Shown piece after piece: positions 38,181-46,821 of a stretch of DNA of 51,167 bases. Numbering within the stretch: the first letter of the stretch is position 1; every line of letters starts with the position of its first letter. The notes beneath the pieces were generated by a model, which saw nothing but the letters and a program-made list of their open reading frames with translations, was not told the origin of the DNA and did not search any database. This DNA is from Deltaproteobacteria bacterium (GTDB taxonomy: Bacteria; Desulfobacterota; Desulfobacteria; Desulfobacterales; Magnetomoraceae): contig PEAL01000001.1 in the NCBI GenBank assembly GCA_002753725.1, positions 1-51,167 on the forward strand. Reading direction: 5' to 3'. A program made the position numbers and the translations under genes.

Positions 38181-38786
38181 GTGTGGACATTTGAACAACA
38201 GGCATGGCAGAACGGATATAAAACCGTTGTGGGTATTGATGAAGCTGGGCGTGGTCCTCTGGCCGGTCCGGTAGTTTCTGCAGCAGTTCTTTTGAAATAT
38301 CCATTTCCTGTCGATGGTATCACTGATTCTAAACAATTAACCGCTAAAAAGCGGGATTTTTTGTATGATGCTATTTATATGCATGCCATTGATGTGGGGG
38401 TGGGCATTGTTGAAAGAGAGACCATTGATACAATCAATATTCTTCAAGCTGCCCGTTTGTCTATGAAGTATGCTGTTGAACAATTGACAATCATTCCCGA
38501 TTATTTATTAATTGATGGCATTTTTCAAATTCATTATGATGTTGATCAGAAAACCATCAAAAAAGGGGATCAAAAGAGTATTTCCATTGCAGCAGCATCG
38601 ATTGTTGCAAAAGTTACCCGCGATCGAATGATGGCTAAGTACGCTTTGACATACCCTGATTATGGTTTTGAACGCCATAAAGGTTACGGAACACAGAAAC
38701 ATCGGAATGCTATTAAACAGTTCGGTGTTTGCCCTCTTCATCGTCGATCATTCAAAGGGGTAAAAGAATATGTCACAAGTGGATGA
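38181..38786 (+). CDS. rnhB: Ribonuclease HII
   Basis: VGIDEAGRGPLAGPVV active-site motif, DSKQL, and C-terminal HRRSF. GTG start. Confidence 0.93.
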   Translation: MWTFEQQAWQNGYKTVVGIDEAGRGPLAGPVVSAAVLLKYPFPVDGITDSKQLTAKKRDFLYDAIYMHAIDVGVGIVERETIDTINILQAARLSMKYAVEQLTIIPDYLLIDGIFQIHYDVDQKTIKKGDQKSISIAAASIVAKVTRDRMMAKYALTYPDYGFERHKGYGTQKHRNAIKQFGVCPLHRRSFKGVKEYVTSG

Positions 38787-39154
38787 AAGATAAACGTCAT
38801 CAGCTGGGCCGAGACAGCGAGCAATTAGCAGCCCTATATCTCCAGGAACATGGATATGAGATTATTCAGCACAATTTTCGTACCCGATTCGGTGAAATTG
38901 ATATCATTGCTCGAGAAAACAAAACCATCGTTTTTATCGAAGTCAAATCGCGCACATCAGCAAATTATGGATATGCCGTTCAGGCCCTGACCCGTAAACA
39001 ACAACTTCGGTTGTCCAAGACAGCACTTACATATTTGCATCAGAACCACTTGAAAAATCAAAGTGCCAGGTTTGATGTTGTCGCCATCCAAAAAGACCCG
39101 CAAAGCGGAATAGATATCCGATTGATCAAAAATGCCTTTGAATTTTATCTTTGA
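38783..39154 (+). CDS. yraN: YraN-family (UPF0102) endonuclease-like protein
   Basis: GRDSEQLAALYLQEHGYEIIQHNFRTRFGEIDIIA ... IVFIEVKSR. ATGA overlap with the rnhB stop. Confidence 0.88.
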   Translation: MKDKRHQLGRDSEQLAALYLQEHGYEIIQHNFRTRFGEIDIIARENKTIVFIEVKSRTSANYGYAVQALTRKQQLRLSKTALTYLHQNHLKNQSARFDVVAIQKDPQSGIDIRLIKNAFEFYL

Positions 39155-40022
39155 TGAACAATCATCCTGTACCTATCCAGGAACGTTGTATATCGTCGCA
39201 ACACCCATTGGCCATATGGAAGATATCACCATTCGTGGCCTGAAAATTTTAAATCAAGTGGAGTGGATTGCTGCTGAAGATACCCGCGAAACCCAAAAAC
39301 TGCTCAAGTATTACCATATAAAAACCCCATTAATTTCATGCCATGATCATAATGAAATCCAGTGCGCTGAAAAAATTATTTCGCGTCTGAAAACTGGAAA
39401 TGCCATAGCGCTTGTTTCCGATGCAGGAACGCCGACGATTTCAGATCCTGGCTTTCGTGTTGTTTCATTGGCTATCAAAGCTAATATTTCTGTTGTTCCG
39501 ATTCCTGGTGTTTCTGCGGCTATGACCGCCTTATCTGTTTCGGGCTTACCGTCTGATACGTTTGTTTTTCAAGGTTTTTTACCTAAAAAAGCGGGTAAGC
39601 GAGAAAAAATATTGAACCAGTTAGCCATTGAATCCCGAACACTCATTTTTTATGAATCGCCCAGAAGAATCGAAACACTTTTAGATCATCTGATTCAAAT
39701 TCTGGGTAACAGAGAGGCTATGCTTGGGCGTGAATTGACTAAAAAATATGAAGAATGTATACGGGGAAAATTATCTGACATTAAAACCTGGAGCGCAGAA
39801 CAAAAAGCAGTTAGAGGAGAGTGTACGCTTTTAGTTTCCGGGCATACCCTGAAAAGTCAAGAAAATAATTTTGATTTAATTCAACACATTCAAAGTTATC
39901 TGGAAAACCATGCAGATCGACCCATGTCGCAGAGTGTAAAAGACATGGTGACAATGTTTGGAGAATCTCGCAAAAAAATTTATGATATTGCCTTACAAAT
40001 AAAAACGAAAACAATGGACTAA
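39132..40022 (+). CDS. rsmI: 16S rRNA (cytidine1402-2'-O)-methyltransferase RsmI
   Basis: GTLYIVATPIGHMEDITIRGLKILNQVEWIAAEDTR, SDAGTPTISDPG and FYESPRR motifs. Confidence 0.92.
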   Translation: MPLNFIFDEQSSCTYPGTLYIVATPIGHMEDITIRGLKILNQVEWIAAEDTRETQKLLKYYHIKTPLISCHDHNEIQCAEKIISRLKTGNAIALVSDAGTPTISDPGFRVVSLAIKANISVVPIPGVSAAMTALSVSGLPSDTFVFQGFLPKKAGKREKILNQLAIESRTLIFYESPRRIETLLDHLIQILGNREAMLGRELTKKYEECIRGKLSDIKTWSAEQKAVRGECTLLVSGHTLKSQENNFDLIQHIQSYLENHADRPMSQSVKDMVTMFGESRKKIYDIALQIKTKTMD

Positions 40023-40625
40023 ATGAATTTGATCGCACAGAATGATTCACATGGAAAAAATGTATTACATCCCGTAATTTTAACGGTCCCGAATCAATTT
40101 TTCTCTTTTTCTATGCCACAGCGTGTTAAAGGGATCAGCAAACTGTCCAGGGAAACTGTTTTTATCTCCGCTCATCTCAGTCATCTGGCCATCCAACAAT
40201 TAAAACAAACATCCATTGGCATGCCGGAGCCAGACAATGGTGTATATTGGTCAGTGTCTCATAAACCCAAATTGGTCTGTGGTGTGGTATCAACGTGTAA
40301 AGCAGGCATTGATATTGAAGAACTGCGCCCTCAGCAACAATCCATGTATGCTTATGTTGCATCAGATGAAGAATGGGAATGCATCAATGGTTCACGTTCA
40401 AAGCGATCTTTTTTTCGTTGCTGGACAGCAAAAGAGGCGGTATTAAAAGCTGAGGGCACCGGCATTCCAGATTTACTGAAATGTCATGTTATTGAAGATC
40501 TTGGCGACACAGGCATGATTTTGGACTACCATGATCGTCAGTGGATCATCGAACATTACTATTTGAACAACCATATTGCAGCTATTGTGAAAGATAAAAT
40601 GGACATTGAGTGGCATTTGATTTGA
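40023..40625 (+). CDS. 4'-phosphopantetheinyl transferase (Sfp-type)
   Basis: GIDIEELRP and FFRCWTAKEAVLKAEGTG motifs. The start is directly after the rsmI stop (TAAATG). Confidence 0.8.
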   Translation: MNLIAQNDSHGKNVLHPVILTVPNQFFSFSMPQRVKGISKLSRETVFISAHLSHLAIQQLKQTSIGMPEPDNGVYWSVSHKPKLVCGVVSTCKAGIDIEELRPQQQSMYAYVASDEEWECINGSRSKRSFFRCWTAKEAVLKAEGTGIPDLLKCHVIEDLGDTGMILDYHDRQWIIEHYYLNNHIAAIVKDKMDIEWHLI

Positions 40626-40821
40626 ACAGTGGAGACATCAAGCAATAACGAGTCGGAAAAAAAATGCAACATAGGCAGATTTTTCCGCAAATTTTTTTTT
40701 AAAATATTAAATTATTTCAGTGAGTAATAGTTCATAAATTTTGTAAGCGCCTATAAAATATAAACATGGCGAAAAAGGAATGACGAATTAAAATCTCTTA
40801 TTATATCAGCGACTTGCCTGA

Positions 40822-40837
40822 TGGCATATTTTCTGCA
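40822..40837 (+). promoter_or_regulatory. Sigma-54 (-24/-12) promoter for the flgF operon
   Basis: TGGCATATTTTCTGCA matches TGGCAC-N5-TTGCA, with correct GG-N10-GC spacing. It ends 38 nt upstream of the flgF ATG. Confidence 0.7.
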
Positions 40838-40875
40838 ATCAAACCATTAACACAAACCTTTTTTAGGAGGAATTT

Positions 40876-41625
40876 ATGAGCGATGTCATAAACAGTGCAG
40901 CCAATTATGGATTATCCATGGCTGTCCGATCAAGTCTTTCCCAGGATGCGCGATATGACATGATCGCTAACAATCTGGCTAACATAGAAACACCCGGTTT
41001 TAAGGGAGATATGCTGTCCTTTGATAAAACTCTGGATGAAGTTATTACAACAGATTTTACTGATGGACAGATGCACCACACAGGCAATCCCCTGGATGTG
41101 TCGGTCAATGATGGTTTGTTTTTTTCGGTTGAAACGCCAGCCGGTACCCGTTTCACACGAAATGGAAGTTTTACCTTGAATGCCGAAGGTATGCTGATAA
41201 CATCAAATGGTCATCCGGTACTGGGGCAAAACGGACCGATAAACATCACTGGAACGGATATTGTCATTAATGAGGCCGGAGAAGTCATCGCAGATGGTCA
41301 AAGGATCGACACTTTGAAAATTATCGATTTTGGTGGTAAAAATATTGGAGAGGGCTGGATTTTTGGAGAAGAAGGCAGTACCTTGGAATCGTTAAAAAAA
41401 GAAGGTTCATCCTATTTTAACTTGGAGGGAGAGACAGCAACTTTGCCTCAAGCAGAGAATGTAAAAGTATCGCAAGGAACACTTGAACAATCAAATGTAG
41501 ACACAATGGCGCAAATGATTAAACTCATTGAAACACAAAGAAGTTTTGAGGCATATCATAAAATAATCAACACGTTCATGGAAACTGATACCAAAGCGGT
41601 AACCGATGTCGGACGTTTAGGATAA
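40876..41625 (+). CDS. flgF: Flagellar basal-body rod protein FlgF
   Basis: N-terminal rod motif ANNLANIETPGFK and a C-terminal LEQSNVD ... MIKLIETQRSFEAY. It lies directly upstream of flgG. Confidence 0.88.
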   Translation: MSDVINSAANYGLSMAVRSSLSQDARYDMIANNLANIETPGFKGDMLSFDKTLDEVITTDFTDGQMHHTGNPLDVSVNDGLFFSVETPAGTRFTRNGSFTLNAEGMLITSNGHPVLGQNGPINITGTDIVINEAGEVIADGQRIDTLKIIDFGGKNIGEGWIFGEEGSTLESLKKEGSSYFNLEGETATLPQAENVKVSQGTLEQSNVDTMAQMIKLIETQRSFEAYHKIINTFMETDTKAVTDVGRLG

Positions 41626-41651
41626 TAAAATAAACGCAAAAGGAGCTTTTT

Positions 41652-42434
41652 ATGATAAGAGGACTATGGTCAGCAGCATCAGGAATGTCTGCACAACAAA
41701 TGAGCATTGATGTGATTGCTAATAATCTGGCAAATGTGAATACCGCAGGGTTTAAAAAAAGTCGTGCGGACTTTCAGGATTTGATGTATCAAACGTTGCG
41801 TGTAGCCGGTGCAACAACAGCCAGCGGAAATGAAACTCCAACAGGTATTCAAGTGGGTATGGGATCAAAACCAGTGGGCGTACAAAAATTGTTCTCCCAG
41901 GGAAATTACAGCCAGACAGATAATGAGTTGGACTGGTCTATTGAAGGTAAAGGTTTTTTTAAAGTCAATACCAATGGTGAAGAATTGTTCACCCGTGCAG
42001 GTGCTTTTAAATTAGACAGTGAAGGCTTTATTTGTACATCGGCAGGTGATCGTGTTCAACCTGAAATGACCATTCCACCGGAAACAATATCCATCGCTGT
42101 TGATCCAGGAGGGAAACTGGTTGCTTTTGGTCCGGACAATGCAGAACTGGCAACAGCGGATATCAAACTTTATTCCTTCTCTAACCCGGGTGGATTGTTC
42201 AGCATAGGACGTAATTTATATCGTCCAACCGATGCTTCAGGTCAGGCGATTGAAGGCGCTCCAGGGCTTGATGGATTTGGTACCATTGGTCAGGGATTTC
42301 TCGAAATGTCAAATGTTGATGTGGTTCAGCAAATGGTATCAATGATTGTCGGCCAAAGAGCCTATGAAGTGAATTCCAAAGCCATCCAAACGGCAGACAG
42401 TATGCTTCAAATGGCAAATAATATTAAGAAGTAG
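41652..42434 (+). CDS. flgG: Flagellar basal-body distal rod protein FlgG
   Basis: MIRGLWSAASGMSAQQMSIDVIANNLANVNTAGFKKSRADFQDLMYQ and a C-terminal GFLEMSNVDVVQQMVSMIVGQRAYEVNSK. Confidence 0.95.
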   Translation: MIRGLWSAASGMSAQQMSIDVIANNLANVNTAGFKKSRADFQDLMYQTLRVAGATTASGNETPTGIQVGMGSKPVGVQKLFSQGNYSQTDNELDWSIEGKGFFKVNTNGEELFTRAGAFKLDSEGFICTSAGDRVQPEMTIPPETISIAVDPGGKLVAFGPDNAELATADIKLYSFSNPGGLFSIGRNLYRPTDASGQAIEGAPGLDGFGTIGQGFLEMSNVDVVQQMVSMIVGQRAYEVNSKAIQTADSMLQMANNIKK

Positions 42435-42442
42435 AGTAAGTT

Positions 42443-43423
42443 TTGCTTCTGTTTGAGATACCGTTTCATTTACGATCAATACTGGTGGAAAGCGTTATCA
42501 TTTGTTGCTTGGCATTTTCTGCCTTTGCACAACAATCAATAACCATAACCATTCCACCAAAGACATGGGTCAATGATCAGCGGGTTTACTTAAAAGATGT
42601 TGCAACGATTAATGCCCCTGCACATTTAAGCGAAAAAATTGCAAATATTTATTTGACGTACGCGCCCAAACCTGGAAAAAGTAAAACGGTTAAAGGTTCA
42701 TGGATTGAAGCACGAATTAAAGCGATTAATTTTTTTGAAGAGATTTCTCTTTCCATTCCTGAAAATGTTGAAATGTTCAGGTCATCTCAAGTCGTTACAC
42801 AGGATGATTATTTTAACTATTTTAACGATTTTGTATCAAAAAACATTGGATCAGATGTTCGTTTTGAAATCAGCCGGTTTCAGGTCAAAGGCGACGAGCC
42901 ACTGCCAGTAGGTCACTTGACAATAGATGTTCAACGTCAGACATCGGTCGATCTCAGAGGTTTTGTAAGCCTGACAGCATCGATACTAATCAATGATGTT
43001 TTTGTTCAGCGTGTTGGACTTTCTGGATGGATTGATCGATTTGAAGATATCGTTTGTGTTGCACAACCCTTGGATCGAAATCATTCCATTGAACAAAGAG
43101 ATATTGTGCTTCGGTCGCGTAACGTTTCTAAAGTTAAAGATTCTTATTATACCCGTCTTGAAGATGTTGTGGGGAAACGAATTAAACGGAAAGCAGGCAA
43201 TGGTGAAATTATTTTTTCATCTATGATTGAAGTCCCCCCCATGATCTATAAAGGGAACACAGTGACAATTATTGCAGAATCAAACGCATTGATTATTAAA
43301 ACAACTGGCATTGCACAATCAAATGGTTATCCCGGTGAACAAATTCGGGTCAAAAATACCATGAGCAATAAAATTGTTCAGGCGATTGTTGTGGATCAAA
43401 GCACGGTAAAAGTACAATACTAA
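42443..43423 (+). CDS. flgA: Flagellar P-ring assembly chaperone FlgA
   Basis: Signal-like N-terminus and a C-terminal SAF/FlgA motif (GNTVTIIAESNALIIKTTGIAQSNGYPGEQIRVKN ... VVDQSTVKV). The start (TTG at 42443) is uncertain. Confidence 0.8.
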   Translation: MLLFEIPFHLRSILVESVIICCLAFSAFAQQSITITIPPKTWVNDQRVYLKDVATINAPAHLSEKIANIYLTYAPKPGKSKTVKGSWIEARIKAINFFEEISLSIPENVEMFRSSQVVTQDDYFNYFNDFVSKNIGSDVRFEISRFQVKGDEPLPVGHLTIDVQRQTSVDLRGFVSLTASILINDVFVQRVGLSGWIDRFEDIVCVAQPLDRNHSIEQRDIVLRSRNVSKVKDSYYTRLEDVVGKRIKRKAGNGEIIFSSMIEVPPMIYKGNTVTIIAESNALIIKTTGIAQSNGYPGEQIRVKNTMSNKIVQAIVVDQSTVKVQY

Positions 43424-43439
43424 ATTAAGGAGCATCATT

Positions 43440-44168
43440 ATGAAAAACAATATGATGTACTGGCTAACCTCTTTTTTGATGCTGTTATGTGCCTGTGCCT
43501 CTGGCCCAAAGGCAACACAAACAACGGCCAATGATGAATCAATTGTAGCCCCATCGCATCCACCCATTCAGGAAAAATTACCCATAACAGAAATGTATCA
43601 GCCGCCAAAACCTTACGAAGGCTCATTATGGACAGATAGTGGGATGAACTTGTTTGGTGATAACCGTGCGGTTAAAATTGGTGATTTAGTGACGGTCCGC
43701 ATTTCTGAAAATCCAAAAGCAAAACTCCATGCAAAAACAGATACAAACAGAGAAACCACAATGAGTGGAAATGCAAATTTTTTGGGATATATGGAAGCAC
43801 TCCAACAAAAAAATAAAAATTTGAACCCTGCAAATTTAATTAACACCAGCTTTAAACCCGCATTTGTCGGTGAAGGCACCAATAATAGAGATGGCAACAT
43901 GACGGCCTATGTCACTTCGCGTGTCATTCGTGTCTTACCCAATGGAAATCTTTATATTTCCGGCCGCAGAGAAATAAAAGTTGATCAAGAAACTCAATAT
44001 ATTACGCTATCTGGCATTGTTCGTCCCGAAGATATTGACCTGAATAATGAAGTGCAGTCAACTTATATCAGTGATGCAAAAATCGAATATTCAGGTCGCG
44101 GCGTGATTGCAGAAAGACAACGTCCCGGATGGATGATGCGACTGCTGGATACAGCATGGCCATTTTAA
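43440..44168 (+). CDS. flgH: Flagellar L-ring lipoprotein FlgH
   Basis: Lipoprotein-type signal ending LLCAC. Conserved GSLW, IGDLVTVRISEN, TNNRDGNMT and ISGIVRPEDI blocks. Confidence 0.93.
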   Translation: MKNNMMYWLTSFLMLLCACASGPKATQTTANDESIVAPSHPPIQEKLPITEMYQPPKPYEGSLWTDSGMNLFGDNRAVKIGDLVTVRISENPKAKLHAKTDTNRETTMSGNANFLGYMEALQQKNKNLNPANLINTSFKPAFVGEGTNNRDGNMTAYVTSRVIRVLPNGNLYISGRREIKVDQETQYITLSGIVRPEDIDLNNEVQSTYISDAKIEYSGRGVIAERQRPGWMMRLLDTAWPF

Positions 44169-44171
44169 CAA

Positions 44172-45365
44172 TTGACAGGAATGTTTGACATGAAAAATCG
44201 ACCCATTCACATCAGTTTTTATTGTTTGCTTGCCTTTGTTTTTTGTGTATCATCGGCATCAGCAATTCGTCTCAAGGATATGTCCTCATTTAAAGGGGTT
44301 CGTAACAACCAGCTTATGGGCTATGGATTGATTGTTGGTCTTAATGGAACAGGAGACAAAGCCGGTACCGACTTTACGGTTCAATCCCTGGTCAATATGC
44401 TCGAACGAATGGGGGTTCATGTTGATAAAGCTAATGTTAACATGAAAAACGTAGCTGCTGTAATGGTTACATCCAATATCCCGCCATTTGCGAAAATTGG
44501 TCAAAAAGTTGATATTACCATTTCATCATTAGGCGATGCTCAAAGTCTTCAAGGGGGAACCCTTCTGCTCACACCACTTCGCGGTGTCGATAGAAAAGTA
44601 TACGCACTTGCACAAGGTCCTCTTTCTGTGGGAGGCTATACTGCTGGTGGCGCTGCAGGCGGTGGCGCCACAAAAAATCATCCCACTGTTGCCAGAATAT
44701 CAAGAGGAGCATCCATTGAACGTGAAATTCCCATTACACTACAGGGAAGAGAATTTTTAACGTTGATGCTCAATAATCCAGATTTCACAACAGCAATTCG
44801 TGTCAGAAACAGTATCAATGAAAAATTTGGTCAAATTCTTGCCAGTACTTCAGACTCAGGAACTGTTCAAATTCAAGTCCCTCATAATTTTAGAAATAAC
44901 ATCGTCCAGATGATTGCTGCCATTGAAAATTTACAGGTGGTTCCGGATACTGTCGCCAAAGTGATTGTTAATGAAAAAACCGGAACAGTCGTTATCGGTG
45001 AAAATGTTCGTATATCAACGGTTGCCGTTGCTCATGGCAATTTAAGTATTCAAATCAAAGAGAATATCAATGTATCACAACCCTCACCATTTGCCCCCGC
45101 AGCACCAGCAGGAGTAGGAACCACTCAAGCGCCCATGAGTGGCGGGCCTATCATGGCACCGGGAGGTCAAACAGTTGTTTCACCCAATTCGGATGTATAC
45201 GCTGCGGAAGAAGATAATAAATTATTGCTGGTGCCTTCTGGAAGTACGATTGGTGAACTGGTTCGGGCATTAAATGCCATTGGGGTGACACCAAGAGATT
45301 TGATGACTATACTAATGTCAATCAAAGCAGCAGGTGCGCTTCAGGCTGAAATTGAAATCTTATAA
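44172..45365 (+). CDS. flgI: Flagellar P-ring protein FlgI
   Basis: Signal peptide, then IRLKDMSSFKGVRNNQLMGYGLIVGLNGTGDK, QGGTLLLTPL and a C-terminal ILMSIKAAGALQAEIEIL. The likely true start is ATG 44181 or 44190. Confidence 0.95.
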   Translation: MTGMFDMKNRPIHISFYCLLAFVFCVSSASAIRLKDMSSFKGVRNNQLMGYGLIVGLNGTGDKAGTDFTVQSLVNMLERMGVHVDKANVNMKNVAAVMVTSNIPPFAKIGQKVDITISSLGDAQSLQGGTLLLTPLRGVDRKVYALAQGPLSVGGYTAGGAAGGGATKNHPTVARISRGASIEREIPITLQGREFLTLMLNNPDFTTAIRVRNSINEKFGQILASTSDSGTVQIQVPHNFRNNIVQMIAAIENLQVVPDTVAKVIVNEKTGTVVIGENVRISTVAVAHGNLSIQIKENINVSQPSPFAPAAPAGVGTTQAPMSGGPIMAPGGQTVVSPNSDVYAAEEDNKLLLVPSGSTIGELVRALNAIGVTPRDLMTILMSIKAAGALQAEIEIL

Positions 45366-45850
45366 TGAATAAAGACCTGAATAAAAACATATTCTATTTT
45401 ACCATATTAGTAATATCCTTTATTGGTGGTTCTTTCTCATTTATGTTCTGGAATTATTTGGCTGATTTTTCAAAAAATATCAAAGCAGCAGATGCCATAT
45501 CCATTGCAAATACTTATATTGTGTTTACGACGATTATTTTTGTAGGATTTTCTGTATTTCTTGCAATCGCAGGTTTTATCTTTACGCATCAGTTTTCAAC
45601 AACAAAAGAAGATCAATTCTCACACTTGCTCAGAGAATTGGGAACCCAGTTAAAAGAAAATGAAGATGACGTTGGCATTAAATTTATCAGTAAATCACTT
45701 GAAAATCCGGATGTAAAAAATTACCTGAGTGATAAATTAAATAAAAAGTTAGACCAGTTAATTAAAGAAAAAGCATACAATCTAAACAAAGAACAAACGA
45801 TTATTAACGGTTTATCATCATCAGACCATGCCAAAGATCAAGGAGGTTGA
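45365..45850 (+). CDS. Small 2-TM membrane protein with charged C-terminal tail (unknown function), inserted in the flagellar operon
   Basis: Two hydrophobic helices (FYFTILVISFIGGSFSFMFW and YIVFTTIIFVGFSVFLAIAGFIF), then a Lys/Glu/Asn-rich tail. TAATG overlap with the flgI stop. Markedly AT-rich. Confidence 0.6.
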   Translation: MNKDLNKNIFYFTILVISFIGGSFSFMFWNYLADFSKNIKAADAISIANTYIVFTTIIFVGFSVFLAIAGFIFTHQFSTTKEDQFSHLLRELGTQLKENEDDVGIKFISKSLENPDVKNYLSDKLNKKLDQLIKEKAYNLNKEQTIINGLSSSDHAKDQGG

Positions 45851-45852
45851 AT

Positions 45853-46440
45853 ATGGAGCATATAAAACCATACACTCCAAAAAGATTTGACACAGCATCA
45901 GAATTAATAAACCATTTGGAAACAAAAGAAAATTTCACGCTTTCTTTACCTGTTGACATTGATACGATCGCAGACTTATTAGGTATTAAAGTCCGATACA
46001 TTTATGATCAGGACAATTATAATACCATTGGCTCTATCTCTCTTAAAGAAGACAAAGCAACAGTAAAAATCAATATCCCTCAAAATGATTATGAACCCAG
46101 AAGAAGATTCACACTTGCACATGAAATTGGGCACCTATGTAAACATCTATCAGAAAGCAGAAGCACGATTATCGATACGCATCAGTCAATGAACAGAACA
46201 GCATCTTATTGGGATACGATAGAATCAGAAGCAAATACCTTTGCTGCACAGCTGTTAATGCCAAAAGAACACATTTTCAGCCAGGGAAATCACCTTATCT
46301 CAGAATATCAAAATGATCATTGCGTTGCTCAAATGCCCGTTGATGTGTTTGTTGAAAATATGTCGCGAATATTTAAAGTGTCAACGCCAGCAATGCGCTA
46401 TCGTTTGAAAAATCTTGGATTAATAGACTCTCTTTCTTGA
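45853..46440 (+). CDS. ImmA/IrrE-family (COG2856-type) HExxH zinc metallopeptidase
   Basis: PVDIDTIADLLGIKV ... RRRFTLAHEIGHLCKH ... ESEANTFAAQLLMP ... STPAMRYRLKNLGLI follows the ImmA/IrrE layout. AGGAGG lies 6 nt upstream of the ATG. There is no signal peptide. Confidence 0.75.
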   Translation: MEHIKPYTPKRFDTASELINHLETKENFTLSLPVDIDTIADLLGIKVRYIYDQDNYNTIGSISLKEDKATVKINIPQNDYEPRRRFTLAHEIGHLCKHLSESRSTIIDTHQSMNRTASYWDTIESEANTFAAQLLMPKEHIFSQGNHLISEYQNDHCVAQMPVDVFVENMSRIFKVSTPAMRYRLKNLGLIDSLS

Positions 46441-46459
46441 ATAAATAACAGAGGACGTC

Positions 46460-46759
46460 ATGGAACTTATAGATACAAGTGTACAACGAACCGATCTTAA
46501 ATCATGGGATTCAGCCCCAAAAGATAAAAAATTAAAAGCTGCCTGTCAGGAGTTTGAATCCTTTTTTATTTATGAACTTTTAAAATCGGCAAAAAAGGCC
46601 AATCCCCAAGGTCTATTTAACAATCAAAAAGAAATGGAATCCTATTCATCCATGATGGATCTTGAATTTGCCAAAAGTATCGCACAGGGGGGTGGTATGG
46701 GGTTGGGTGATATTTTATTTCATCAGCTTCAATCAACTGAACAACAGACAGGCAAATAG
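46460..46759 (+). CDS. flgJ: Flagellar rod-assembly protein FlgJ, rod-binding domain only
   Basis: 99 aa with the rod-binding motif KLKAACQEFESFFIYELLKSAKKA ... MMDLEFAKSIAQGGGMGLGDILFHQL. No glycoside-hydrolase or peptidase domain follows. Confidence 0.8.
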   Translation: MELIDTSVQRTDLKSWDSAPKDKKLKAACQEFESFFIYELLKSAKKANPQGLFNNQKEMESYSSMMDLEFAKSIAQGGGMGLGDILFHQLQSTEQQTGK

Positions 46760-46760
46760 C

Positions 46761-46787
46761 TAAAGTCACATCATTATTTGTCGATAT
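46761..46787 (+). promoter_or_regulatory. Sigma-28 (FliA)-type promoter for flgN-flgK-flgL
   Basis: TAAA-N15-GTCGATAT compared with the consensus TAAA-N15-GCCGATAA gives 4/4 in the -35 core, 6/8 in the -10, and exact spacing. It starts 2 nt after the flgJ stop and ends 34 nt before the flgN ATG. Confidence 0.6.
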
Positions 46788-46821
46788 AAACATGTGAGTA
46801 CCCAAATGAAATGAGCCCCCA

